A stretch of 64,000 nt of DNA from Gammaproteobacteria bacterium (lineage in GTDB: Bacteria > Pseudomonadota > Gammaproteobacteria > UBA4575). Below, piece by piece: positions 31,494 through 40,391 of the stretch. The notes under the pieces were generated by a model. The model did not search any database and was not told the origin of the DNA. It was given only the letters and a program-made list of their open reading frames with translations. The position numbers and the translations under genes were made by a program. Location of the stretch: contig CBDCTA010000022.1 in assembly GCA_965221955.1 (NCBI GenBank), positions 64,001 through 128,000 on the forward strand, written 5' to 3'. Within the stretch, counting starts at the first letter, position 1. Each line of letters begins with the position of its first letter.

Positions 31494-32084
31494 CTATGCC
31501 TGCATGCTAAGACGCTTATGCAGAGGACTCGTTCTAGGAAAATGTGCAAGTAAAAATTTCATTTGGTCAGCAAGCACTCTGCGACCTTGTAGATAAATAT
31601 ATTCTGCATGAGTGGGGATAAAAGGAATCGCTAATAATTGCATATTCGCTTGTTCAGGAGTTTGTCCTGCTTTGTGGTTATTACAACGCTTGCATGCGGT
31701 AACAACGTTGTTCCATTCATCTTCTCCACCTTGGCTAATCGGACGAACATGATCACGAGATAAATCTCTACGATCGAATCGTTCACCACAATACAAACAT
31801 AAATTTGCATCGCGCTTAAATAGAGTACGATTGTTCAAAGGCGGAACATAACTCTCATGTAGGGATTTATTGTTGCCGTATGTAGCAATGATTGAGTGCA
31901 CTTCAATTTGACTGCGAATGCCGCTACGCGCATTGACTCCGCCATGAATCACATATAAATGTTCACCACAGGTATACGCCACTTGCTCGCCATGATACAG
32001 ACGCGCAGCATCTTGGTAGTTGATCCATTCCATTGGCATACCGGACACATCCGTGCGTAGTACTTGTAGACCGAGATCAATCAC
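31494..32084 (-). CDS. HNH endonuclease family protein
   Basis: RD..LCLYCG, DHV.P...GG, NVVTAC..CN. Confidence 0.9.
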   Translation of the reverse strand: MIDLGLQVLRTDVSGMPMEWINYQDAARLYHGEQVAYTCGEHLYVIHGGVNARSGIRSQIEVHSIIATYGNNKSLHESYVPPLNNRTLFKRDANLCLYCGERFDRRDLSRDHVRPISQGGEDEWNNVVTACKRCNNHKAGQTPEQANMQLLAIPFIPTHAEYIYLQGRRVLADQMKFLLAHFPRTSPLHKRLSMQA

Positions 32085-32222
32085 TACGTTTATTCCAACG
32101 ATAATCCTAGGTTGCTGACTTTATAGGTAAACCCCAAGACATTGCAATTAGAGATTTGACCATAGCAATGCTACAAAATTCTTAAAACCCTTGGAATACT
32201 GTGCAATTAGGGAAGTGGTTGC

Positions 32223-33176
32223 TTAATGTGAAGTTTGATTACCACCTTCGCTGATAGCTCGATCGAGTGCTGCTTGAGTGCGAGCAATTAATAAATCTGC
32301 ATAATCCTCTTCTGCCATTTCAGCAATACCTATGGAAATCGTAAACGTTTCATTCAATTTTTGATCCCCAAGCACTAATTTACTTACTGCTTCATGCAAG
32401 CGTTTTGCAACAATTTCAGCCTGTGTTTCATCTGTGCCGATCAGGATTAGAGCAATACAATTTTCATTGAACTTTACCGCCATATCCATACCACGCAGCC
32501 CAATTTGCACTGCATTGGCAACCGCTTGATATATTTTCTCTGCCGAGTAGTCACCATACGATTGAACGAAATTATCATAGCGATCGATCTTTAAAATCAT
32601 AATGGATAAAGCACGATTGCGCATTGCGCAACGTGTCATTTCATATGGAAGCGTTTCTTTCATCCATTGCTGGTTATACAAACCTGTGGCTTGATCTTTC
32701 TCAGCCTTAATTTTGCTACGAGCTTCTTCATGCAAACGTTGGTAAAGCATACGGTTTAAATCCAACATGCGTTTAACAAAAAGATTCATTAAATTTTTTG
32801 CAAAATTTACATCGCTAGAGACAAACTCCCACAAGAGCTCTTCGGGAATCTCTAATACTTTGCATTTTGATTGTGCAATCACAAAAGCGCTGGTGGGCTG
32901 ACCACTAATGACAGACATCTCACCAACCGTGTCACCAGGATTTAGGGTTACTACCGCAGAGACATCTTCTTGCAAATGCATGCCTAAGTGCCCATCAACA
33001 ATGACATACATGGAATGGTTGTCCTGGTCCTTATAGAGAAGCATCTCACCAGGGTTTAAGGTTTTACTTGTGCATTGAACCAACAGGCCAGAACATTGCT
33101 CTAGGTCCACAGAGCCAAACAAACCAAGGCGTGAAAGGGTTGATAATTGACGTGTATCGCCAGGTGCTATCGTCAT
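32223..33176 (-). CDS. cNMP-binding domain plus degenerate GGDEF domain protein
   Basis: PGD.VGEMS (cNMP fold); D..TGLYN start of GGDEF; RGMD I-site; NENCI in place of GGDEF. Confidence 0.85.
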   Translation of the reverse strand: MTIAPGDTRQLSTLSRLGLFGSVDLEQCSGLLVQCTSKTLNPGEMLLYKDQDNHSMYVIVDGHLGMHLQEDVSAVVTLNPGDTVGEMSVISGQPTSAFVIAQSKCKVLEIPEELLWEFVSSDVNFAKNLMNLFVKRMLDLNRMLYQRLHEEARSKIKAEKDQATGLYNQQWMKETLPYEMTRCAMRNRALSIMILKIDRYDNFVQSYGDYSAEKIYQAVANAVQIGLRGMDMAVKFNENCIALILIGTDETQAEIVAKRLHEAVSKLVLGDQKLNETFTISIGIAEMAEEDYADLLIARTQAALDRAISEGGNQTSH

Positions 33177-33323
33177 AAAGCAAATTGCGCAGGTCAAAAA
33201 TATACTTTATCCCAATGTCATGAAATATAAAACTCAAATTTACATTGAGTCTCAATTTGATATCGAAACCTGGCTCTCAACTGACAGATCATCGGTTTAA
33301 CAATGAATTAAACAGTTATGGGT

Positions 33324-33818
33324 TTATTGGTCCTTGTGCCAGTTATTATTTTTCTTTTTCCGCTTATGCTTGAATTTATCCTTATTCTTTTTACGAAATT
33401 CTTTACGTTCTTCCGGGGACATGCTTTGCCATTTTTCGCGTAATTTTTGACGCTTTTCAGGAGGTAAATCTTTAAACCATTTATAGCGCTCACGAATTTT
33501 TTTTTGCTTTTCCGGTGGCAACTGTTCAAATTTGTGGAAACGTTCGCGAACTTTTTGTTTTTCGCTTTCATCAAGAGATTTCCATCTCTCCATACGGTGC
33601 TTAGCTTTTTCCCGTTGCGAAGGCGTCATGTTTTGCCAACGTTCAGCACCACGTGAAAGCTTCTTTTGTTGTTGTGGAGATAATTCCTGCCAACGATTCT
33701 CATATTTCTTTAATACTCGTTGTTGTTCTGAATTCAAATTCTCCCACTCAATACCTTCTTGTGCTTGCACAGACACACAAAGCAAAAGTAAAAATAAGAA
33801 AGTGAAATATTTATTCAT
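33324..33818 (-). CDS. DUF3106-like periplasmic helical repeat protein
   Basis: Signal peptide; repeated (W/F)xxLxPxQ/K units. Confidence 0.8.
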   Translation of the reverse strand: MNKYFTFLFLLLLCVSVQAQEGIEWENLNSEQQRVLKKYENRWQELSPQQQKKLSRGAERWQNMTPSQREKAKHRMERWKSLDESEKQKVRERFHKFEQLPPEKQKKIRERYKWFKDLPPEKRQKLREKWQSMSPEERKEFRKKNKDKFKHKRKKKNNNWHKDQ

Positions 33819-34035
33819 ATTCTGTATCAGTTACATATTTTTCATCAGCTTCATCAATTGTAGAAAGAAAAATATCAAACCATTCATCTTCATCAGCTTC
33901 TATAGAACCTAAAACTTCTAAAAACTCTTCATCAACGTCATCATCAATACTCTCAGATGTCTCATCCGTTTCAGCATAGACATGCTGCAACATCAATATT
34001 AAACACAAACTGCTCGCACATTTAGCCAGTGACAT
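33811..34035 (-). CDS. Small acidic exported protein in the ECF operon
   Basis: Signal-like N-terminus, EEFLE.LG; overlaps both neighbours. Confidence 0.6.
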   Translation of the reverse strand: MSLAKCASSLCLILMLQHVYAETDETSESIDDDVDEEFLEVLGSIEADEDEWFDIFLSTIDEADEKYVTDTEYE

Positions 34036-34375
34036 CTTCTTCTACTAACCAAGTGTAGAATTCTAGTTCTTCATATAACTCTAAGGTGTCTTGTACAGCA
34101 ATCAGCTCCATCGCCTCAACACTTTCACTTTCTAACGGTTGGTTAAGTTGTGTATTAACTATAATGACCGCAAGCAATATCGAAAAAGCAGTTGCTGCTG
34201 CAACTATGAATTTAGGAAATGCGAATTTTTTAGGTGCTTTTGCAAGTGCTTGCTGTCGAGCAGCAATAATGCGCTGACTGGTTTCAGCATCGATCCGTTT
34301 CACAGAATCATCTAAAGCTTCACAAACTTTTGAAACCAGTTCCTCATCTTTCACATTTTGTTCATCTGTACTCAT
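34022..34375 (-). CDS. Putative single-TM anti-sigma factor (DUF3619-like)
   Basis: LD.S...ID.ET..RI.AAR..AL, one TM, LE.Y..LEFY.WL. Confidence 0.75.
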   Translation of the reverse strand: MSTDEQNVKDEELVSKVCEALDDSVKRIDAETSQRIIAARQQALAKAPKKFAFPKFIVAAATAFSILLAVIIVNTQLNQPLESESVEAMELIAVQDTLELYEELEFYTWLVEEDVTG

Positions 34376-34914
34376 AAGCTTTCCTGTAATTGTTCACGTA
34401 AAAAATGCACTGCTCTTGAATAATGTGTTTTCACGCTACCTTGCGAACAGTTCATGACCTTCGCGGTTTCCGCTACATCCATACCTTCCCAAGCACGCAA
34501 TAAAAAAGCCTGCCTTTGTCGTGGTGATAACTGCTGAATAAAATGGTCGGTTTTTTCAACAGAATCTTGTAAATCTGCTACAGCACTCGGACTTAGCCCA
34601 TCACTGGCTGCATGTTGTATTGGATCATAAGGTTCTTCTTCATCGCCTTTGTTAGTAAACCAAACTCGCCATCGGCTTTGCGTGGTGTTTTTACGATGAA
34701 AATCCATAATGCGATTATTCAAAATACGATAAAACAACGGCGCCCATTGGTCCGCAGATTTTTTTGCATATTTGCTAGCTAATTGCATCATTGCATCCTG
34801 CACTATGTCTAAAGCATCCTCTCTATTTCTCGTAGATAGTTCCGCCATGCGAAAAGCACGGCGTTCCACCTTAATGAGGAACTCTTCAAGCTGCTGTGGC
34901 TGTGTCGAATTCAA
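34372..34914 (-). CDS. ECF RNA polymerase sigma factor
   Basis: DALDIVQDAM, FYRIL.NRI.D, RQRQAFLLR.WEG, GSVKTH.SRA. Confidence 0.93.
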   Translation of the reverse strand: MNSTQPQQLEEFLIKVERRAFRMAELSTRNREDALDIVQDAMMQLASKYAKKSADQWAPLFYRILNNRIMDFHRKNTTQSRWRVWFTNKGDEEEPYDPIQHAASDGLSPSAVADLQDSVEKTDHFIQQLSPRQRQAFLLRAWEGMDVAETAKVMNCSQGSVKTHYSRAVHFLREQLQESL

Positions 34915-34977
34915 ACTTCCCTCACTTGTTCAGCAACTTTTCATTAACCCCTTGGCATAATGCCCTTACAATACTAA

Positions 34978-35004
34978 TAACGTAAAAGTACCTATTTGGT
35001 TGAC
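34978..35004 (-). promoter_or_regulatory. Candidate autoregulatory ECF promoter
   Basis: Minus strand GTCAACC-N15-CGTTA (AAC -35 / CGT -10 ECF signature). Confidence 0.5.
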
Positions 35005-35217
35005 ACTGCCTATACCGCAATAAACACCAGATAGTTAACAATGTTAATGTAATTTATTCACATTATCCGTTAATTTGAAAACTTCTCAGCAAGAGATGGC
35101 TATATCCAAATAAGTACAAAATTTAACCATATTTATCAGTAACTTAAATAAAGATTACCTGAGAAATGTTCCTCAAGTAGCCTATTAAATCATCAATTTT
35201 CCCGTTTTCATGCAGTT

Positions 35218-35238
35218 TTATCCACAGAGTTATCCACA
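35218..35238 (+). promoter_or_regulatory. Two tandem perfect DnaA boxes 3 nt before the priA ATG
   Basis: TTATCCACA-GAG-TTATCCACA-TTC-ATG; further TTATTCACA at 35054. Confidence 0.75.
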
Positions 35239-35241
35239 TTC

Positions 35242-37443
35242 ATGAGTCCTTCTCACATTATCGTGGTCGCTCTGCCAGTACCGCTATATCAACAATTTGA
35301 TTATCTCCCGGTAAAAACCCAAGTTAGGACTGATTACAAAGTCGGCACTCGTGTGCGAGTTCAATTCGGTCAACGCAAGCTGATCGGCTTGATCGTTGGA
35401 AAATCAGCCAAAAGTGCTATACCTAGAAGCAAGCTAAAACACATTATTGAAGTCTTAGATGATCAGCCCGTATTTGATTCCCAATTATTAGATTTATTGT
35501 TTTGGGCCGCTGAGTATTATCAGCAGCCCATAGGTGAGGTTTTATTCACCGCACTGCCCTCAGTTTTGCGCAAAGGTAAATACATCACACCTGTAACGAA
35601 TACACTATATCGATTAATTGCAGATCAAAACATTGATGAACAATTAAATCGTGCGCCTAAGCAACGTCAAATTGTTGAGTTATTAATATCGACTCAACAC
35701 GGCCTTACAGCAGATGATATTGATAAGTCTATAACAGCTTGGCACAGTGCAATGAAAGCGCTTATCAATAAAAACTTAGTGCAAAAAGTGCAACAAGAGA
35801 ATATTGAGGAAGTTAATCACAAGCCGATAAAGACCCTAAAACTAAACACAGAGCAACAACAAGCTTTTGATGATTTAAAAAACAAGTTAAATATATTTAA
35901 TTGTTGTCTTTTAGATGGTGTTACTGGAAGTGGAAAGACCGAAGTCTATGTATCACTGGCAAAAGAGGTTTTAGAAAATAACAAACAAATCCTATTTTTA
36001 GTTCCTGAAATTGGTCTTACTCCACAGCTCGTGCAACGAATTGAAACACGCTTAGGCAGTAAAGTGTATTTAATGCATTCAGGGTTAAATGATACGCAAC
36101 GTGCACAAACCTGGCTAGCCACAAAAACTACAAAAGCAAAAATTATTGTAGGAACACGCTCCGCAATATTTTTACCTTTCACTGAATTAGGTTTAATCAT
36201 TATTGATGAAGAACATGATTTATCCTTCAAACAACATGAAGGATTTCTTTACAATGCACGCGATATTGCAATTTATCGTGCTAAACAACTCTCCATTCCT
36301 ATTATTCTAGGTTCTGCAACCCCTTCATTTGAAACTCAACTAAATGTTGAAAAAAATCGCTATCAAAAACTAGTGCTGACAGAACGTGCTACAGAATCAA
36401 ATGTTCCAGATATAAAATTAATTGATATGCGCTCCAAGGCATCTGTCGATGGACTCTCGAATGAATTGATTCAAGCCATGCAAACAGAGCTTGGTAACAA
36501 CCATCAAATATTATTATTTTTAAACCGACGAGGTTATGCACCAACAATACTTTGTCAAGACTGCGCATGGGTAGCAGAATGTTCACGCTGCGATGCGCGA
36601 ATGACTTTTTATAAGCAGAGAAATATCCTTAAATGTCATCATTGCCTAAAAGAACAAAAACTACCAGAGCAATGTCCTCAATGTAGTGCGAGCAACTTGT
36701 TATGGTTAGGTGAAGGCACACAACGTATTGAGAATAAATTACAGGAAATTTTTCCAGATGTTGCGATTACACGCATTGATCGTGATAGCACACGCAAAAA
36801 AGATGCCTTGACCGAAAGATTGACTGAAGTCCACGAAGGCAAGTATCAGATTATTATTGGTACTCAAATGCTTTCAAAAGGACATGATTTTCCCAACGTA
36901 ACTTTAGTTGGGATCTTAAATGTTGATCATGGCTTATTTAGTACAGATTTTCGTGCCACGGAACGTTTAGCACAATTATTAGTTCAAGTAGCGGGTCGAG
37001 CCGGACGAAGTAGTAAAAAAGGTAGAGTCTTGTTGCAGACCTATTTACCCGAACACCCCTTACTAAATTGTCTGTTATCACAGGGCTATACAGCATTTAG
37101 CAAAGAGGCTTTGAAAATCCGCCAGGAATGTGCACTCCCCCCTTATACCTCCATGCTGATGGTTCGCGCACGCGCGAATAAGCAAAATCTAACAGATAAT
37201 TTTTTACAAAAAGTGAAAACTATAATTACGAAAGAAAGTATCCAAAATTTAACCGTATATGGACCTATCCCTGCAATGATGGAACGCAAAGCCGGAATGT
37301 ACCAAAGTCAATTGATTTTATTTGCTAAACATAGAAAAACCCTGCAACAGAACTTGAATAACTGGACTGAAAAAATCAGTCTTCAACCTTCCGCAAAACG
37401 AGTGCGATGGGATATTGAAGTCGATCCCCTAGAAATGAACTAG
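35242..37443 (+). CDS. priA: Primosomal protein N'
   Basis: GVTGSGKTEVY, LVPEIGLTPQ, DEEHD, four CxxC pairs, KGHDFPNVTLV. Confidence 0.97.
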   Translation: MSPSHIIVVALPVPLYQQFDYLPVKTQVRTDYKVGTRVRVQFGQRKLIGLIVGKSAKSAIPRSKLKHIIEVLDDQPVFDSQLLDLLFWAAEYYQQPIGEVLFTALPSVLRKGKYITPVTNTLYRLIADQNIDEQLNRAPKQRQIVELLISTQHGLTADDIDKSITAWHSAMKALINKNLVQKVQQENIEEVNHKPIKTLKLNTEQQQAFDDLKNKLNIFNCCLLDGVTGSGKTEVYVSLAKEVLENNKQILFLVPEIGLTPQLVQRIETRLGSKVYLMHSGLNDTQRAQTWLATKTTKAKIIVGTRSAIFLPFTELGLIIIDEEHDLSFKQHEGFLYNARDIAIYRAKQLSIPIILGSATPSFETQLNVEKNRYQKLVLTERATESNVPDIKLIDMRSKASVDGLSNELIQAMQTELGNNHQILLFLNRRGYAPTILCQDCAWVAECSRCDARMTFYKQRNILKCHHCLKEQKLPEQCPQCSASNLLWLGEGTQRIENKLQEIFPDVAITRIDRDSTRKKDALTERLTEVHEGKYQIIIGTQMLSKGHDFPNVTLVGILNVDHGLFSTDFRATERLAQLLVQVAGRAGRSSKKGRVLLQTYLPEHPLLNCLLSQGYTAFSKEALKIRQECALPPYTSMLMVRARANKQNLTDNFLQKVKTIITKESIQNLTVYGPIPAMMERKAGMYQSQLILFAKHRKTLQQNLNNWTEKISLQPSAKRVRWDIEVDPLEMN

Positions 37444-37541
37444 AAGGGAATGAAACAAGGAAATCTATTTCATTTCAGACCAGGTAAAAAAGAAAAAATT
37501 TCAGTACAATGCTACGCCTTTTAGGCCTCATACATATCTAA

Positions 37542-39302
37542 ATGCAAGAACAAATAGCAAATTTGGTAAGTGCTGCAATTAATAACTTGCAGGGATCTGG
37601 AGAAATTCCTCAAGACTTGAATGTTGACGTTCGTATAGCACGCAGCAAAGATAAAGCGCATGGGGATTTTGCTTGTAACATTGCGATGCAATTAGCTAAA
37701 CCAGCAAATTTACTACCTAGGCAGTTAGCCGAGATGCTGGTCGCTAATCTTCCTGAAGATGCAATCATCACCAAAGTCGAAATAGCAGGCCCTGGATTCC
37801 TCAACTTTTATGTCAATGAAAACGTACATGCCGAAGTTTTAGATAGCATTCTGCAACAAGATCAAAACTATGGACTGTCACAGAAATATAAAAATGAAAA
37901 AGTTCAAATTGAATTTGTATCAGCCAACCCAACGGGGCCTTTACATGTCGGGCATGGTCGTGGCGCTGCGTATGGTGCAACCATTGCTAACTTACTGGCC
38001 GCGGTGGGCTATGAAGTGCAACGTGAATACTATGTAAACGATGCAGGCCGTCAAATTGATATCTTGACCACATCTGTTTGGTTACGCTATTTAGAACTTT
38101 GTGACGAAAAATTTAGTTTCCCTGTTAACGCTTATCAAGGTGATTATATTTGGGATATTGCAGCCACATTACATCGTCAACATGCGGATAAATTTCTTCA
38201 TGCTACTCAAAAATGGATGAATGACTTGCCTGCCGACGAACCACAAGGTGGCGATAAAGAAATCTATATTGATGCCATTATCAGCAAAGCAAAATCTTTA
38301 CTTGGGGATGATGGCTACGATGTGTTTTCTAGATGTGCATTAGACACCATCACTAATGACATTAAAGATGATCTAGAACTATTTGGTGTGCACTATGACA
38401 ATTGGTACTCAGAAAAATCATTAGTCAGTAACAACAAGGTGCATGAAGCACTCAATATGCTAGATAAAAACAGGCACACCTATCATAAAGATGGTGCGCT
38501 TTGGTTTCGTAGCACAGAATTTGGTGATGAAAAAGATAGAGTGTTAGTACGAGAAAATGGCACCCACACTTACTTTGCGTCAGACATCGCCTATCACTTG
38601 GATAAATATAATCGTGGTTTTGATCGACTCATTAATATTTGGGGTGCTGACCATCATGGCTATATCAAACGCATTAAAGCCGCAGTTGAAGCGCTTGGTA
38701 AAGATGCAAGGTGTTTAGATATACCGCTAGTACAATTTGCCAATTTATATAAAGGTGGTGAAAAACTTGCTATGTCTACACGTTCAGGTGAATTTATCAC
38801 CTTGCGTGAACTGCGCAAGCAAGTAGGCAAAGATGCGGCCCGCTTTTTCTACGTAATGCGCAAACACGAACAGCACTTGGACTTTGATTTAGATTTGGCT
38901 ACTTCGCAATCGAAAGACAATCCTGTTTATTATGTGCAATACGCGCATGCAAGAATATGCAGTATTTTTGAGCAAGCAGGTATTGATATGTCAGACCAGT
39001 CCATTTTAGATGCTGACAATTCGCTGTTATCAAATGAATACGAAAAAAATATTTTGAAACTATTAAGCCAATTTACTGAAAACATTTTATCCTCTGCAGA
39101 AAAACTTTCTCCACATATTTTGGTAAATTATTTACGTGATGTGGCAAACGCATTTCATAGTTTTTATAATGAGAAAGAGAATCAAGTGTTGGTCGACGAC
39201 GTTTCCTTACGTAATGCTAGATTAAAATTAATCTATGCTACTAAGATAGTGCTCTATAATGGACTAAAGCTGCTTGATGTTAGCGCACCACAGAAAATGT
39301 AA
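37542..39302 (+). CDS. argS: Arginine--tRNA ligase
   Basis: EFVSANPTGPLHVGHGR, GADHHGY, MSTRSG, YYVQYAHAR. Confidence 0.97.
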   Translation: MQEQIANLVSAAINNLQGSGEIPQDLNVDVRIARSKDKAHGDFACNIAMQLAKPANLLPRQLAEMLVANLPEDAIITKVEIAGPGFLNFYVNENVHAEVLDSILQQDQNYGLSQKYKNEKVQIEFVSANPTGPLHVGHGRGAAYGATIANLLAAVGYEVQREYYVNDAGRQIDILTTSVWLRYLELCDEKFSFPVNAYQGDYIWDIAATLHRQHADKFLHATQKWMNDLPADEPQGGDKEIYIDAIISKAKSLLGDDGYDVFSRCALDTITNDIKDDLELFGVHYDNWYSEKSLVSNNKVHEALNMLDKNRHTYHKDGALWFRSTEFGDEKDRVLVRENGTHTYFASDIAYHLDKYNRGFDRLINIWGADHHGYIKRIKAAVEALGKDARCLDIPLVQFANLYKGGEKLAMSTRSGEFITLRELRKQVGKDAARFFYVMRKHEQHLDFDLDLATSQSKDNPVYYVQYAHARICSIFEQAGIDMSDQSILDADNSLLSNEYEKNILKLLSQFTENILSSAEKLSPHILVNYLRDVANAFHSFYNEKENQVLVDDVSLRNARLKLIYATKIVLYNGLKLLDVSAPQKM

Positions 39303-39325
39303 ATAAGTAGATATAGTAATAACGA

Positions 39326-39868
39326 ATGGCTCGTAGAAAAAAACGCTCTTCAGCAAAATCATCCAGCATTATTCCAGCTTGGATATGGTTAACACTGGGT
39401 ATTTTAATTGGTCTAGGTATTGCAATGTTTACCCGATCAAATGGGCGACATGCTATAGATCCGCATGCGACCTCACCAAACCAATCTTCAGTCACAACTG
39501 AACCTACTACTAAACAAAAGTTTGATTTCTATACCTTGTTACCCGAACTTGAGATAGTCATCCCGCAAGAAGAAACTCAGCCGCCAAAACAAAAACCCAA
39601 CACCATCACTGCTCAACAACAGTCAGAGTACAAAGGTGGATATTTACTGCAAGCGGGTTCGTTCCAACAATTCAATGAAGCGGATAGTTTAAAAGCTCGT
39701 TTAGCCTTGATTGGAGTAGAAGCTAATATTCAGTCAGTAGAAGTTAACAAGACTAAATGGCATCGCGTGCAAATTGGGCCCTCTAATGATCGCACTTCAC
39801 TAGAAGCATTACGTAAACGCTTAAAAGCAAGTCAGATCGATACTATTTTATTACAAGCGAAGAAGTAA
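39326..39868 (+). CDS. SPOR domain cell division protein (FtsN-like)
   Basis: N-terminal TM, FDFYTLLPELE, LQAGSF...A..L.A.L, RV.IGP; follows argS. Confidence 0.85.
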   Translation: MARRKKRSSAKSSSIIPAWIWLTLGILIGLGIAMFTRSNGRHAIDPHATSPNQSSVTTEPTTKQKFDFYTLLPELEIVIPQEETQPPKQKPNTITAQQQSEYKGGYLLQAGSFQQFNEADSLKARLALIGVEANIQSVEVNKTKWHRVQIGPSNDRTSLEALRKRLKASQIDTILLQAKK

Positions 39869-39872
39869 ACGC

Positions 39873-40370
39873 CTATTGCTCTTTTTGTTGTTCAATAATT
39901 TGATACGCAACATTTGTTTCTTCTTTATCAGGCAACTCTGGTCCCGATACGCCTAAGATTTCAAAACTATTGTAGTTTTCGGCCTGAACTACTATACGAG
40001 CTAACAACTCGTTCGCAGCTAAGCGTAGTTCATTGATTTTATCGTACTCAACACTGAATACTGGCTGATATTTTTTAACTCTCCACTCAGAAAAATATAT
40101 TGTTTTATCTGTGCAGATAAAAACACCCTTACGTGATTTCTTTCCTGCTGGTAAAAATTTAAAGCCATTTTTATTTGGATACCAGATTGCTCTACTGTAA
40201 AAAATAACCTCTTGTTGATTATCTGTGATGCTTTCCAAAAAAGTATTTTGAAAGTTTTCATCTCGCACAGGACCATACGTTGGATTATTTGTGCCTACAC
40301 ATGCAAATAAAAATATTATAAGTATTAGAATGAACGGCCCTATGAAATAAGGTTGATAATTTTTTAGCAT
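39873..40370 (-). CDS. Hypothetical lipoprotein
   Basis: 165-aa ORF with hydrophobic N-terminus ending LFAC. Confidence 0.6.
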   Translation of the reverse strand: MLKNYQPYFIGPFILILIIFLFACVGTNNPTYGPVRDENFQNTFLESITDNQQEVIFYSRAIWYPNKNGFKFLPAGKKSRKGVFICTDKTIYFSEWRVKKYQPVFSVEYDKINELRLAANELLARIVVQAENYNSFEILGVSGPELPDKEETNVAYQIIEQQKEQ

Positions 40371-40391
40371 TTTACTGTTCTGGTTATACTT

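Noticed and set aside
31494-32084. HNH nuclease as a defence or mobile system
   Set aside because: Stand-alone, host-like composition, no methylase, RT, array or flanking repeats
33308-33912. Alternative-frame ORFs overlapping the DUF3106-like gene
   Set aside because: By-products of repetitive K/R/E-rich coding sequence
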